NCBI RefSeq assembly: GCF_009914755.1
Contig: NC_060929.1
Length of the DNA stretch: 64,000 nucleotides
Reading direction: 5' to 3' (one strand)
Source: the human T2T-CHM13v2.0 reference genome, Homo sapiens
Part shown: in pieces, positions 40,336-55,871 of the stretch
Layout of the letters: each line of letters starts with the position of its first letter
Position numbering within the stretch: the first letter of the stretch is position 1
Notes under the pieces: model-generated
The model's database searches: none
What the model was told of the DNA's origin: nothing
Seen by the model: the letters and a program-made list of their open reading frames with translations, nothing else
Made by a program: the position numbers and the translations under genes

Positions 40336-42221
40336 TTTAGGAAGAAAATGGCAGATAGGAGACAGGGCTAACATGTAGTTCCCACTTGTATAGACAGAAC
40401 AGCATGTGGAGACACACTGTGAACTTTTGCTCCAAGAACCACCACAGGAATGTACCGGGAAAACTGAAAGAATTCACAGATCCTTTGAAAGAAGTGGCAT
40501 GCCACTGCAAATTCCCAAAGACGGGCAAAAAACTGTGAGCTCCCAAAATGTGAGCGGGGGAAAACCTGCCTCTAAACACATACCCCCACTGGGGAATCTG
40601 AACATCTGGATTACAGGAGAAGGATTTAACCTTACCTAGTGCTTAAACAGATTTAGAGAGCCGCATGAAATATAAAAGTAGAAGCAGCAGTGGAAAGAGC
40701 CTTGTAGGTACTCCCAGTCTCCCTCTTGAGCCCAGGGAAGCCAACCCTGACTCTATTCCACAAGGGCCTCAGGGAAGGCAGCCAGCAGAATTAAGGAGGG
40801 CACACAGGGTGAAGGAAGCTTTCAACTAAATTAGTAATAATATCGACAGGGCATGAATTTTCCTGAGCAGAATATGGGCGTTGAGTGGGAACTGCTGCAG
40901 ATACGAGTGCAGGAGCCACCACTCACAATGTGGGCAGACTGGGAAGGATGAGGTCTGAAAGACATGCTTGCTTTCTCAGTGGGGAAGCTCACAGCCTGGG
41001 GCAAGTTCTCATCAGGGCACTGTGGGATTGAGATTAGCCTTGCCAACTGAGTGGGAGTAGAGTGAGGCCTCTCACTACCGGCTATGCTCCACTTCCCTTG
41101 TGAACTATATGACAAAGCAGAGGCAGCCATCATCCCCTCTGGAACATAACCCCACTGGCCTGAGAACCACCCCTCATACCCTACAGTGGCTGCAGCAAAC
41201 CCTACCCAAGGAGAGTCTGAGCCCAGTGCTGTCTAAACCCGCCCACACCTGATGATATTTCTATACCTAATCTAGTAGCTGAACACAAAAGACAGAAACA
41301 CTTGGGAGCTTTATGGCCCCACCCATTGCCTGAGAAATCAGAATACTTCCCCTGACCAACTTGAGGCAGGCTCATATTCCTCTACTACTACAGCAGCTGG
41401 TGCTTTCTTGAAAGTGCCACCTGCTGGCTGGAGGCCAACCAACTCAGGCCATTACAGCAACTCATGACAGAATAACCCAGCTCCTAGGAAGGAAGAAATA
41501 ACAGCTAATTCCACAGCCTGCAACATCCTGAGTAAACAGAGGTCCTGAGTGTCTCCACATGAAAACTAACCTCTGAGAAAGCCAGCACACTAAACCTATC
41601 TACAACCAAGGATTCCCATAGAGTCTATTTCACTCCCCTGCCACCTCCACCAGAGCAGGTGCTGGTATCCATGGCTGGAAGACCTGAGACAGATCGCATC
41701 ACAGGACACTCTGCAGACATTCTCCAGCACCAGTCCAGAGCCTGGTAGCCCCTCTGAGTGGCTAGATACAGAAGAGAAATAGCAATCATTACAGTAAGGC
41801 TCTAAGGAAGCCCCATTCCTAGGGTAAGGGGGAGAACATCACATCAAGATATCACCCCATGAAACAAAATCTGAAGAGCAGGCCTTGAGTTTCAGAACTT
41901 TCCACTGAAATAGGCTACCCAAATGAGAGGGAACCAGAAGAGTAATTCTGGTAATATGGCAAAGCAGGGTTCTATAACACCACTAAAAGATCATACTAGC
42001 TCCTAGCTCCTAGCTCCTAGCAATGGATCCTAATGAAGAAGAAATCTCTGAATTGCCAGATAAAGAATTCAGAAGGTTGATCATTAAGGTACTCGAGGAG
42101 ATACCAGAGAAAGGTATAAAAAAGCTTAAATAAATTATAGAAATGATACAGAATATGGATGAAAAATTCTCCAGAGAAACAGATATCATAAAGAAAAAAC
42201 AATCACAACTTCTGGAAATGA

Positions 42222-43300
<1,079 letters not shown>

Positions 43301-43648
43301 AAAAATTTCAACAATAAACTAGAACAAGAACTTCAGAGCTCAAAGATAGGCTTTCGAATTAACCTAATCAAACAAAGACAAAGAAAAAATAATTTAAAAA
43401 ATGAACAAAGCCTCCATGGAATTTGTGATTATGTTGAATGGCCAAACCTAAGAATGATTGGTATTCCTGAGGAAGAAGAAAAATCTAAAAGTTTGGAAAA
43501 GTTGAGAGAATAACTGAGGAAAACTTCCCTGCTTTTGCTAGAGATCTAGATATTCAAATCCAAGAAGCTCAAAGAACACCTGGGATATTCGTTGCAAAAA
43601 GATTATCATCTAGGCACATAGTCATCAGGTTACCTAAAGTCAAAATGG

Positions 43649-43962
<314 letters not shown>

Positions 43963-44572
43963 TTAAAAGCTGTGAGACAAAAGCATCAGATAACCCATAA
44001 AGGAAAACTTATCAGATTAACAGCAGATTTCTCAGCAGAAATTTTACAAGCAAGAAGGGATTGGGTTACATCTTTATCCTCCTTAAACAAAACAATTACC
44101 AGCCAAGAATTTTGTATCCAGTGAAACCAAGCTTCATAAATGAAGGTGAGATAAAGTCTTTTTCAGACAAATGCTGAGAGAATTTGCCACTGCCAGCCAG
44201 CGCTACAAGAAATGCTAAAAGGAGTTCTACATTTTGAAACAAAATCTTGAAATACACCAAAATAGAACCTCCTTAAAGCATAAATCTCACAGGGCCTATA
44301 AAACAATAACACAATAAAATAAAACCAAGGTATTCAGGCAACAACTAGCATGATGAATAGAATAGTATATCACATTTCAATACTAATGCTTAATGTAAAT
44401 GACTAACTGCTTCACTTAAAAGATACAGAATGGATACAAATCCACCAAGCAAGTAACTGCTATCTTCAAGAGATTCACCTAATACATATAGACTCACATA
44501 AACTTAAGGTAAAGAGATGGAAAAAGGTATTCCATGCAAATGGAAACCAAAAGAGAGCAGGAGTAGCTATTC

Positions 44573-44880
44573 TTTTTTTTTTTTTTTTTTTTTTTTTTGC
44601 AGCAGAGTCAGGCTATGTCTCCCAGACTGAAGTTCAGTGGCATGATCTCCGCCCACTACAACCTCCACCTCTCATGTTCCAGCTATTCTCCTGCCTCAGC
44701 CTCCCAAGAAGCCGGGATTACCTGTGCACACCACCACACCTGGCTAGTTTTTTATATTTTTAGTAGAGATGGGGTTTCACCATGTTGGCCAGGCTGGTCT
44801 TGAGCTCTTGGCCTCAAGTGATCTGCCCACATCAGCCTCCCAAAGTGCTGGGATTGCAGATGTGAGCCACTATGCCCAGC
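44573..44880 (-). mobile_element. Alu (J/old S) in the L1PB ORF2 endonuclease region
   Basis: Long poly(T) then antisense Alu. TSD caggagtagcta(t/c)tctt on both sides. Confidence 0.94.
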
Positions 44881-47800
44881 CAGGAGTAGCTACTCTTATA
44901 TCAGAGAAAACAGGCTTTAAAGCAACAACAGTAAAAAAAAAAGACAAAAAGGGATATTATAAAATGATAACAAGATTATTCCAACAGGAAAATATCACAA
45001 ATCTAAATAGATATGCACTTAATGGGGAGCTCCCAAATTAATAAAACAATAACTACTAGACTTGAGAAATGAGATAGATGGCAACACAATAATATTGGAG
45101 ACTTCAGTACTCCATTGACAGTGCTAGACAGGTCATCAAGACAGAAAGTTAACAAAGAAACAATGGACTTAAACAATAACCTACAACAAATGAACTTAAC
45201 AGATATTTACAAAACATTCTACCCAACAACTGAAGAATAGACATTCTTTTCATCAGCACAAAACATTCTCCAAGATAGACCATGTGATAGGTCACAAAAG
45301 AAGTCTCAATAAATTGAAGAAAATCAAAATTATATCAAGTATCCTCTCAGACCACAGTGAAATAACACTGGAAATTAACTCGAAATGAAATGCTCAAAAC
45401 TATGCAAGTAAATTGAAATTAAATAACCTGCTCTTGAGTGTTCCTTGGGTCAACAATAAAATCAAGATGGAAATTTAAAAAATTCTTTGAACTTAATGAT
45501 AATAGTGACACAATTTATCAAAACCTCTGGGATACAGTGAAAGCAGTGCTAAAAGGAAAGTTCAGAACATTAAATGTCTATATCAAAAAGTCTGAAAGAG
45601 CACAAATAGACAATCTAAGGTCACATATCAGGAAAATAGAGATGCAAGAACAAACCAAACCCAAACCCAGAAGAAGAAAAGAAATAGCAAATATCAGAGC
45701 AGAACTAAATGAAATTGAAATAAAAATAATACAAAAGATAAATGAAACAAAAAGCTAGTTCTTTGAAAAGATAAAGTTGATAGACCATTAGCAAGACTAA
45801 CTAAGAAAAGAAGATCCAAATAAGCTCAATTAGAAATGAAATGGGAGATATTACAACCAATACCACAGAAATAAAAAAGATCACTTAAGGCTACTATGGA
45901 CACCTTTATGCACACACAGTAGAAAATCTAGAGGAGATGGATAAATGCATGGAAATATACAACCCTCCTAGATTAAATCAGGAAGAAGTAGAAACTCTGA
46001 ACAAACCAATAACAAGTAGAGAGATTGAAACAGTAATTTAAAAAATACCAACAAAAAAGCCACAGGCATTCATAGAAGAATTGGTACCAATCTTACTTGA
46101 AACTTTTACAAATGATAGAGAAAGAAGGAATCCTCCCTAAATCATTCTATGAAGACAGTATCACCCTAATACCAAAATCAGGAAAGGACATAACAAAAAA
46201 AGAAAACTACAGACCAATATCCCTGATGAACATAGATGCAAAAGTCCTCAAAAAAACACTAACTAACTGAACCCAACAGCATATCAAAATGATAATATAT
46301 CATGATCAAGTGGGTTTCATACCAGGAACGTAGGGATGGTTTAACATACACAAGTTAATAAATGTGATACGTCACATAAACAGAATTCAAAACAAAAATT
46401 GTATGGTCATCTCAATAGATACAGAAAAAAGCATCTGACAAAATCCGGCAATACTTTATGATTAAAATCCTCAGCAAAATTGGTGTAGAAGGGACATACC
46501 TCAATAAAAACTGTCTATGACAAACCCACAGCCAACCTTATACTGACCAGGGGAAAATTGAAAGCATTCCCCCTGAGAACTGGAATAAGACAAGGATGCT
46601 CACTTCCACCACTTCTATTTAACATAGTACTGGATGTCATAGCCAGAGCAATCATGCAACAGAAAGAAGTGAAATCGGTAGAGAGAAAGTCAAACTGTCA
46701 CTGTCTGTTGATGATATGATCATATACCTAAAAAGCCCTAAAGACTGGACCAAAAAGTTTCTAGAGCTGACAAATAAATTTATAAAGTTTCAGGATACAA
46801 AATCAATGTACACAAGTCAGTAGTTGTGTACACTAACTATAACCAAGCTGAGAATCAAATAAAGAACTTAATCTTTTTTATAACAGCTGCCAAAAAATAA
46901 TAAAATCCCTAACCATGGAGGTGAAAGTGCTCTGTAAGGAAAACTACATAACACTGCTGAAAGAAATCATAGATGACACAAACAAATGGAAACACATCCC
47001 ATGCTCATCGATGAGTAGAACCAATATTGTAAACATGATCACACTACCAAAAGCAATCTACAGATTCAATACAATATCATCAAAATACCATCATCATTGT
47101 TCACAGATGTAGAAAAATATCCTAAAATTCATAAGGAACCAAAAAAGAGCCCTGATAGCCAGAGCAAGACTAAGCAAAAAGAACAAATCTGAAGGCATCA
47201 TATCACCTGACTTCAAACTATACTACAAGGCTATAGTTACCAAAACAGCATGGTACTGGTATAAAAATAGGCATGTAGACCAATGTCACAGAATTAAGAA
47301 CACAGAAATAAAGCCAAATACTTACAGCAAACTCATCTTCAACAAAGCAAATGAAAACATACAGTGGGGAAAGGACACCCTCTTCAACAAATGGTCCTGG
47401 GATAATTGTTAAGCCACACGTAGAAGAATAAAACTGAATCTTCATCTCTCACCTTCTACAAAAATCAACTCAATATGGATCAAAGACTTAAATCTAAGGC
47501 CTGAAATCATAAACATTCTAGAAGATAATTTGGAAAAACTCTTCTAGATATTGGCTTAGGCAAAGACTTCATGACCAAGAACCCAAAGGCAAATGCAACA
47601 AAACCAAAAATAAATAGATGAGACCTAATTAAACTATGAAGCTTCTGCACAGCAAAAGAAATAATCAACTGAGTAAACAGACAACCCACAGAATGGGAGA
47701 AAATATTCACAAACTATGCATCCAACAATGGAATAATATCCAGAATCTGCAACGAACTCAAACAAATCAGCAGGAAAAAAATAATAATAATCCCATCAAA

Positions 47801-48639
47801 AAGTGGGCAAAGTACATGAACAGACAAGTCTCAAAAGAAGGTATACGAATGGCCAAAAAACATACGAAAAAATGCTCAACATCATTAATTATCAGGAAAA
47901 TGCAAATTAAAACCACTATGAAATACCACCTTACTTCTGCAAGAATGGCCATAATTTAAAAATCAAAAAAACAATAGATGATGGTGTGGATGTGGTGAAA
48001 AGGGAACACTTACATCACTGGTAGGAATGTCAGCTAGTACAACCACTATGGAAAAAAGTATGGAGATTCCTTAAATAACTAAAAGTAGAACTGCTGTTTG
48101 ATCCAGCAATCCCTCTACTGGCTACCTACTCAGAGGAAAATAAGTCATCATACGAAAAACTAATTTGCGCAGGCATATTTATAGCAGCACAATTTGCAAT
48201 TGCAAAAATATGGAACCAGCCTAAATACCCATCAACCAATAAACGAATAAATAAAATGTGGTATGTATAAGCCATGGAATACTACTCAGCCATAAAAAGG
48301 AATGAAATAATGGCATTCACAGCAACCTGGATGGAGTTAGAGACCATTCTATTCTAAGGGCAGTAACCCAGGAATAAAAAACCAAATATTATATGTTCTC
48401 GCTTATAAGTAGGAGCTAAGTTATGAGGTCACAAAGGCATAAGAATGATACAATGGACTTTGGGAACTCAGAGAAAAGGGTGGGCGCAGGTGAGGGATAA
48501 AAGGCTACACATTGGGTATAGTGTACACTGCTCAGATGATGGGTATACCAAAATCTGAGAAATCACCACTGAAGAACTTATCCATGTAACCAAACACCAC
48601 CTGTTCCCCCAAAACTATTGAAATTAAAAAAAAAAAGCC

Positions 48640-48860
48640 TATAGTGATGAAGGCATATTCATTGTTACCATGGGGGTTAAGAGTTGATGGAGAGTATGAC
48701 CATAATGGAGTAGCATAAGAGTATTTTTAGGGTGATGCAACTCTCCTGTATTTTGATGTCGGTAGCGTTTTCTATAAATTTATATATGTGTTAACGTGCA
48801 TAAAACTGCACACCAAAAGAGTCAGCATTATTGTGTGTTAATTTTACAAATAAAAAAATC
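48640..48860 (+). mobile_element. L1ME-type 3' UTR end, continuing the element cut at about 40335
   Basis: ctatagtgatgaaggc...ttttagggtgatgcaactctcctgtattttgat...aaaactgcacaccaaaagagtc...aattttacaaataaaaaaa. Confidence 0.7.
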
Positions 48861-49422
48861 GAGTTTAGATCCAAATCCAGGTCTACTAAAACAACAAAAC
48901 AATAAAATGATTATATATCACATCTCTTATAACTCTTTGTCCTTCCAACCTTACTAAATTCTTTCCTTTAGTCTCCCTGTCTATAAAGTATTTATTGGTC
49001 AGGGTTGGAAAATATTAAAACTTTTATAGCAGCCCCAAAATATTTTATAAGTATTTCCTGAATAATCTAGTTATAAAAATCATATTTAGAGTTCAAAGTA
49101 TTTACCAGTTTTCCTCTTTCCTTTTCCTACATTTCCATATTGCTTTTCAAATATAAGAAAATAAAAACTTCTCTCTAAACTTTTTCACCGACAGAAACTA
49201 TAGGGAAGAAAGTATATTAAAAACAATAGAAGAGAGGCAGAAGTATTACATTTTTAAAATTAAAGTGATTTAAGTTTTCTGAAATGTGAGCTGCTATCAA
49301 TTTATGAATGGCTTTAATATATCTTTATAAATGCAGAGGAATATGCTAGCCAAAAGGTAGGAAGAAGCCAGAGAAAAGTAATAACTGCTTAAAAATATAG
49401 CAAATCATAGTGGATAAATCAG

Positions 49423-49839
49423 TGCTATGGTTTGAATGTCCCCTGCAAAACTCATGTTGAAACTTAATCAATGAGGCAATATTGAGAGGTGGGGATTTTA
49501 TGAGGTGATTGGGTCATGAGAACTCTGCCTTCCTGAATGAATTAATCCATTCAGGGATTAATGGATTAATGGGTTATCATGGGAATGGACCTGGTGGCTT
49601 TATAAGAAGAGGAAGAGAGTCTGAAGCTAGCAAGTGAACATACTCAGCTCCTTCTCTATGTGATATCCTGAGCTGCCTTGGGATTCTTCAGAAAGTCCCA
49701 CTAGCAAGAAGTTTCTCACCAGATGTGCCCCCTTTGACCTTGGATTTCCCAGCTTCCATAACTGTAAGAAATAAATTTCTTTCATTTATAACTTATGCAG
49801 TGCAGTTTCTGTTATAAACAACAGAAATGGACTAAGACA
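49423..49839 (+). mobile_element. MST (MSTB1/MSTD-like) solo LTR
   Basis: tgctatggtttgaatgtcccctgcaaaactcatgttgaaacttaatc...acagaaatggactaagaca. Perfect TSD ATCAG at 49418-49422 and 49840-49844. Confidence 0.9.
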
Positions 49840-49841
49840 AT

Positions 49842-50073
49842 CAGGGTTTCTCAACTGTGACAGTTTTGATAGTTTGGGCTGAATCTTCCTTAGTCAGGGA
49901 GTAAAGGTTGTGTCCTGTGCATTGTAAGATGTTGAACAGCATTCTTGGTCTCTACCCAATAGATTACAGTAGGCTTCCCCAGCACTTGTGACAACCAAAC
50001 AGGTCTTCAGATATTGCCAAATGTCCTTGTTGGGGTCAGTGAGGCAAAAATCACTCCCTGTTGAGAACCACTG
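49842..50073 (-). mobile_element. MER20 (hAT-Charlie) DNA transposon
   Basis: TIRs cagggtttctcaac...gttgagaaccactg, with internal tgtcctgtgcattgtaagatgtt and cagatattgccaaatgtcc. Confidence 0.9.
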
Positions 50074-50713
50074 GGATACACCAAGGGACTTGCAGGTCAA
50101 AGTTAGAATGAAACTTGAGTTCATTCTAACTTTCCCAATTACTAGCTCAGTGCTCTTGAAGAAATCATGTAACTTCCCTGACTGTTGGTCTCATGCAGGA
50201 CTAAAATAGGCAGAGCCAATATCATAGGAGTTCTGTGATAGTCAAATGAGTCAATATATGAATTTTGGGGGCCTGACTGAATCTTTCTCATGTTATTCTC
50301 CTCAGCCATTTGTTGTTAAATATTTACCACCTCACTGGTAAATATTTTATCTCTGAATTACCCAGGGATGTAGCTGAAAATTCAGAGAACTCAGGAAAAA
50401 TATGTTTGGAGTATTTTATGTTTATTTCATTGCGGACAACACTTTCTAGTCTCCTTGCAACTCAGGTGATCTTTAAGTGCTGTTCATAACCATGGAGTGT
50501 GAGAAAACGAGAATAACCAGTAAGATGTTTCTATTCCTCATCACTAGGACGAAGTTACTACAGTGGAGTTGGAATGATGCATTATTCCGATTTTTGCTAT
50601 GAGTTCTCCTCAACTACCTAGCTTTTAGTATTATACAAAAGATCTGGGAGAGTCTTGGCCAGAAGCAAATATTTGATAAGCTGAGTTTCTGGAGAGCAAT
50701 AAGTTACACATTG

Positions 50714-51185
50714 GTATTGGTGATCTGTTGCTGCAATAAAAACTACCCCAAAACTTAGTGTCTTAAAACAATAAATATTTGTTATCTCATAGTTTCCTTG
50801 AGGCAGAATCAGGGAGCTGCCTGGCTGAGTGGATCTGGCATAAGGTTTCTCCTGAGACTATGGCCAAAATGCCAACCAGGCTGCAGTCACCTGAAGGTTT
50901 GACTGGGGCTGGAGAACACTTCCAGAATAGCTCACTCACATGGCTGGCTGGTCAATGCTGATTGTTGCAGGAGGCTTTAGTTCCTCATCATGTGATCCTC
51001 TGCAGATATTAATATCCTCATAATGTAGCACCTGGCTTTCCCTAGAGTGATCCAAGAACAAAACAGATGCTGCAATATCTTATTGACCTAGCCTCAGAAG
51101 TCTCACACAGTCATTTCCACAATATCCATGAATATCAGGAGGCAGAGTTCATTGAAGGTCATCTTGGGGCCATCTTAAAGGGCAT
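50714..51185 (-). mobile_element. MLT1 (F/G/H-like) LTR
   Basis: tctgttgctgcaataaaactaccccaaaacttagtgtcttaaaacaata...ggctgcagtcacctgaaggtttgactggggctgga. Confidence 0.82.
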
Positions 51186-51684
51186 CTTGGGGCCTCCTTG
51201 GACATTAGTCATGTCTAATGGCATTCAAGGTCTTCGATAAGATATATACATAATTTAGTAGTAAAAATCTTGCACGAATATCTAAATATGACTTGTGAAG
51301 AATGGAATTTTAACCACCAGCTTACAAGGATTCATGAGGCTACCCCAGTCTAACCAAATTCCACATGTTCCTGCAATTTCCTTTATCTCACGAAGGTAAC
51401 TGGATTTCTAGAAGACCTATGCCTCAGTCAAATGACCTTGAAGTTATTATGTGTGCCTGTGGTTCTGTCTTAAATTCATGTATCTTACATCCTTGAAGTT
51501 TGAGAAGAGTTTCCTATTTAGAAAAGCAGTTTGGAATCAATATAGATTGCTATTCTGAGAAGTAATGTAAATGGCAGCCTGTTGTAAAGTGAGGCACCTC
51601 CCTACCACTCTCACTCTTGCTCTTGCTCCTGCCATATGATATGCAAGCTCCAACTTCACCCTCCATCGTGAAAAATACCAATAC

Positions 51685-51982
<298 letters not shown>

Positions 51983-52515
51983 ATCAATACTTTCTAAATT
52001 TGTTAAATTGGTTTGTTCACATAACACAGTACACACAGCAACCTCCATTTCCAACTGCATGTCTGTATACGTGTTACCATGTTTCAGTCTATATATAGTA
52101 TTACCAACTATTAGATGGAGTTTATATTTTACCAAAACCCTGCATTCATTTCCCTTTTAGAGTATGCTCTATTACAGAGAAGATTTTTAAAGGCCATAAT
52201 GTTCCAAAGGTACAATTTGTTTGCAAAAGATCCTTTCTATGTTCCACTGGAATGACACACAGCATAACAGGCTTTCAGCTTATGTGGTTTGGGTGAAGCA
52301 TTTGTATAAGCCAAGTGGAAAAAGATAATAACTTTTAGTTGCAATATCAGATGGTTTAGATTCAGCTTTTTCACCTCAGTGTCATCCTGACATCTTGTTG
52401 CCAGGTTGACAGGCCTGCTGCCTATGTTTCCCAGATCCTTGATAACTCCACATTTTTAGAGCCTTTGTTTCCAATGTTTTTATGTGCTGCTTTAATGAGG
52501 TATTTATTTGGTATC

Positions 52516-52885
52516 TGTATTCATTCATTATCAAACTGCTATGAAGCAATACCCAAGACTGGGTAATTTATAAAGAAAAAGAGGTTTAATTGACTCAGTT
52601 CCACATGCCTGGGGAGGCCTCATAATCATGGCGGAAGGCAAAGGAGGAGCAAAGTTATGTAGTTATGTCTTATATGCTGGCAAGCAAGAGAACGTGTGCA
52701 GGGGAAGTGCCCTTTATGAAACCATCATATCTCATGAGACTTATTCACTGTCACAAGAACAGTATGAGAAAAACCCATCCCCATGATTCAATTACCTCTT
52801 ACTGGGTCCCTCCCACAACACATGGGGATTATGGGAGCTACAATTCAAGATAAGATTTGGGTGGGGACACAGCCAAACTATATCA
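52516..52885 (-). mobile_element. THE1 solo LTR
   Basis: tgtattcattc...ctgctatgaagcaatacccaagactgggtaatttataaag...ggggacacagccaaactatatca. TSD GTATC/GTATT. Confidence 0.93.
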
Positions 52886-53072
52886 GTATTATTGAAGTCA
52901 CCCAGCACAATAAAGCATTCAGAATGCCCTATGTTTAGGTCACACCTATTTTCAGTTACCAACTAAAAGATCATTATAATATTTTTGAACTCTGTCTCTA
53001 AGAGCTTCAGTTTTGTAGTATAGTAGATACAATGTCACAGAAAACACAATGGAAAGCTATGATCTTAGAATC

Positions 53073-55871
53073 TGATATAATTTGAATATAAGTCCCCACC
53101 AAATCTCATGTTGAATTATAATCTCAGTGTTGAAAGTGGGGCCTGGTAGGAGATGTTTGGTCCATGGGGGCAGATCCCTCATGGCTTGGTGCTGTCCTCA
53201 TGATCGTGACTGAGTTCTCGAGAGATCTGTTTGTTGTAAAGTATGCCACCTCCCCTAAGTCTTGCCTTTGCTCCTGCTCTTGCCAGGTGATATTCTGGCT
53301 CTTGCTTCACCTTCCACCATGAGTAAAAGTTCCCTGAGGCCTCTCCAGAGCAGATGCCAGCTCTATGCTTGTACAGCCTGCAGAACTGTGAACCAACTAA
53401 ACCTCTTTTCTTTATAAATTACCTAGCCTCAAACATTTCTTTATAGCAATGCAAGAATGGTCTAATATAAAAAAATTGGTACCAAGGAGTGGGGCACTGC
53501 TGTAATGATACCTGAAAATGTAGAGGTAGCTTTGGAAAGAGGTAATGAAAAGAGGTTGGAAGAGTTTGGAGGGCTCAGAAGAAGACAGGAAGATGAGGGA
53601 AAGTTTGGAATTTCTCAAAGACTAGTTAATGATTGTGAACAAAATGCTGATGGTGATAGGGGCAGTGAAGGCCAGATTGATGAGGTCTCAGATGGAAATG
53701 AGGAACTTCTTGGAAACTGGAGCAAAGGCCACCCTTGTTATGCTCTAGCAAAACACTTGGCTGCATTCTGTTCATGCCCTAGCGATCTGTGGAAGTTTGA
53801 ACTTCAGAGTGATGATTTAGGGTATCTGGCAAAAGAAATTTCTAAGCAGCAAAGTGTTCAAGATGTGGTGTGGCTGCTTCTAATTGCCTATGGTCAGACA
53901 TGGGAGCAAAGAAATAAAGTTGGAATATATATTTAACGAAGTAGAGCATAAAAATTTGGAAAATCTGTAGCCTGGCCATGTGTAAGAGAAAGAAAAAGCT
54001 TTTGCTGAAGAGGAATTCAAGCAGGCTGTGGAGCAACTACCTGCTGGAGATAATTGCATACCTAAAGGGTAGCCAAGTGCTAATATTCAAGATAATGGGG
54101 AAAAGGCCTCGAAGGCATTTCAGACACCTTCACAGCACCCCCTCCCATTACAAATCTGGAGGGCTAGGAGAGAAGAATAGTTTCCTGGGTCAGGCCCAGT
54201 GCCTGGATGCCCTATGCAGCCTTGGGACACTGCTCCCTACATCCCAGCTGTTCAGCTGTGGTTCAAGGGGGTCCAGGTACAGCTTGAGCTGCCTCCTTGA
54301 AGAAAGCAAGCTATAAGCCTTGATAACTTCCATATGGTGCTAATCCTGCAGGTGCACGCAGAGTGCAAGAGGGAAGAAGGCTTAGCAGCCTCTGCCTAGA
54401 TTTCACAGGCGGTATGGAAAAGCCTGGATGCCCAGGCAGAAGCCTGCTGCAGGGGCAGAGCACTCACAGAGAACATCTACTAGAGAAGTACAGAGGGAAA
54501 ATGTGGGGTTGGAGGCCCCACACAGAGTCCCCACTGGGGCACTGCTTAGTGGAACTATGGGAAGGGAGACACCATCTTCCAGACCCCAGAATGGTAGATC
54601 CACCAGCAGCTTGCACACTGCACCTGAAAAAGCCACAGGCATTCAACTCTGATGTGGTTTGACTCTGGGTCCCCACACAAATCTCGTCTCAAATAGTAAT
54701 CCTCATGTGTTGAGAGAAGATTCTGGTGGGAGGTGATTGGATCATGGGGGTGGTTTCCCCCATGCTTTTTTCATGATTGTGAGGGAGTTCTCATGAGATC
54801 TGATGGTTCAGAATTGGCAGTTTCCACTGTACTCTCTCTCCTGCCATCATTTAAGACTTGCCTTGCTTCCCCTTTGCCTTCCGCCATGATTGTAAATTTC
54901 CTGAGTCTTCCCAGCCATGTTGAACTGTGAGTCAATCAAACCTCCTTTCTTTATACATTACCCAGCCTCAGGTAGTATCTTTATAGCAGTGTGAAAATGG
55001 ACTAATACAAACTCCAACCCATGAGAGAAGCTGCAAGGGCTGAACCCTGGAAAGTCACAGGGCAGGGCTGCCTAAAGCCATAGGAGCACACCTCTTGCAG
55101 CAGTGTGCTCTGATGCGGGACATGGAGTCAAAGGACACTATTTTGAAGCTTTAAGATTTAGTGACTTCCCTGTTGGGTTTTTGAACTGGCATAGGCCCTG
55201 TAACTCCTTTCTTTTAACCAATTTCTCCCTTTTGGGATGAGAATGTTTACCAATGCCTGTACCCTAATTGTATCTTGGACATATATAACTTGTTTTTTAT
55301 TTTACATGCTCATAGGTGAAAGAGACTTGCCTTGTCTCAGATGAAACTTTGGACTTTGAACTTTTGAGTGATGCTGAAATGAGTTGAACTTTTGAGTGAC
55401 TATTGGCAGGGGATGATTGTCTTACGCAATGTGAGAAGGACATGAGATTTATGGGGCCAGGGAAGGAAAAATATAGTCCGAATAGATGTCCCCACCAAAC
55501 CTCATGTTGAATTGTAATCACCAGTGTTGGAAGTGGGGCCTGATGGGAGGTGTTTTTCTCATGGGGGTAGATCCTTCATAGCCTGGTGCTGTCTTTGTGA
55601 TAGTCAGTGAGTTCTCATGAGATCTTGTTGTTAAAGTGTGTGGCACCTCCTTCCCCACTCTCTCTCTTGCTCCTGCTCCCACTATGTTAGATGCCTGCTT
55701 CCCCTTCACATTCTGCCGTGATTTTAAGCTTCCTGAGGCCTCCCCAGAAGCATATGCGGGTGTCATGCTTCCTATACAGCCTGAAGAATCATGAGCCAAT
55801 TAAACCACCTTCCTTATAAACTACACAATCTCAGGTATTTCTTTACAGTAATGCAAGAACAGCCTAATACA
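53073..55871 (+). mobile_element. Two-LTR MST (MSTA/B-like) ERVL-MaLR provirus with internal region
   Basis: 5' LTR 53073-53469. Internal region starts aaaattggtacc; polypurine tract ggggccagggaaggaa at about 55453-55468. 3' LTR about 55469-55871. Perfect TSD GAATC at 53068-53072 and 55872-55876. Confidence 0.93.
54650..55009 (+). mobile_element. THE1 (C/D-like) solo LTR nested in the MST internal region
   Basis: tgatgtggtttgactctgggtccccacacaaatctc...atagcagtgtgaaaatggactaataca. Perfect TSD AACTC at 54645-54649 and 55010-55014. Confidence 0.93.

Noticed and set aside
41996-42022. (CTAGCTC)x3, and (ATTATGCC)x3 at about 6341-6364
   Set aside because: These are small slippage expansions inside TEs with no spacers, not arrays of functional interest.
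45438-47959. L1 ORF2-like ORFs in the L1PB
   Set aside because: They are short fragments separated by stops and frameshifts, and the element is also disrupted by Alus, so it cannot retrotranspose.
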